This document shows, in pieces, positions 63,501 to 64,000 of a DNA stretch of 64,000 bases (the stretch's first letter is position 1; each line of letters opens with the position of its first letter). Origin of the DNA: Lama glama. Its lineage: Eukaryota. The notes under the pieces were generated by a model that saw only the letters and a list, made by a program, of their open reading frames with translations, was not told the DNA's origin and made no database searches. A program made the translations under genes and the position numbers. The stretch lies in NCBI GenBank assembly GCA_028534125.1, contig CM052844.1, positions 372,001-436,000 on the forward strand, given 5' to 3'.

Positions 63501-64000
63501 AGGGAGCCGCGTGGGGGTGACCGCCGCCCTGTCGTGGGCCCAGGTCCCCAGGGGGAGGGGGTCGCCAGGTCTCCGCGAGGGTGTGCCCAGACTCGTCGGG
63601 GGTCCAGCCTCTTCCTGACTCACACTGCCTTTGCTTTTGGTGGCCTGTGGCCCTCAAGTTTCTAAACAAAACCATGTCCCACCCCCTGGGTCCTGCCAGG
63701 CCGCCTGTGGAACTGGTTTCTGCGAGGGAGTCCTTGGGTGCGGCCGCACTGGGCTGCCTGTCCCCAGCCCCAGCCTCTGTGAACGGGCATCCGCGGTCTC
63801 TTCCACCAGTCCAGGCCCCTCACCCGCCCCCGCTCATCTCTACTCAGGTCCAAGTTCAAACCCTCTCCCCGTGGATTCAAGGCCAGGTTTGGGGAGGAGG
63901 CCCCAGGTGGGTATCACTCGAGACGGTCGATGCCAGGCTACCGATCAGAGGTGAAGGCGCCTCTCCTAATGTCTGGGGCTCTCCAACCGCCGCATCTGGA
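57558..64000 (-). other. NFATC1: NFATC1 upstream intron, continuing beyond the window
   Basis: I recognised no Rel-homology-domain exon between the acceptor at 57558 and the window end. Confidence 0.8.

Noticed and set aside
1-64000. CRISPR array, prokaryotic operon or new multi-gene system
   Set aside because: The sequence is mammalian with spliceosomal introns and LINEs/SINEs. I saw no repeat-spacer array and no second recognisable gene.

Overview
This is GC/CpG-rich mammalian genomic DNA, most likely camelid (alpaca, llama or camel), judged from three tRNA-derived SINEs of the camelid type. It contains the 3' end of NFATC1 on the minus strand. The penultimate 690-nt coding exon lies at 57557-56868 and carries an internal alternative donor at 57175/57174 that gives the shorter B-type C-terminus. 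A 25.7-kb last intron follows. The terminal exon codes (V)NEIIRNDLSSTNIHS* at 31202-31153 and has a ~1.7-kb 3'UTR ending near an AATAAA at 29473-29468. The rest is intronic or downstream intergenic sequence with decayed L1 elements, SINEs, MIR/L2/MaLR relics, simple repeats and three N gaps. Almost all other ORFs in the track look like GC-rich noise. I found no evidence of a new multi-gene system. The most interesting observations are a Tyr->Asp change in the conserved NFAT C-terminal motif, signs of AT->GC-biased substitution in the repeats, a cluster of four NFAT motifs in the last intron (candidate autoregulatory enhancer), paired miR-124 and miR-143 8mer sites in the 3'UTR, and an AT-rich octamer-palindrome element downstream. 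Comparisons with human or mouse proteins and with repeat consensus sequences are from memory, not from searches.
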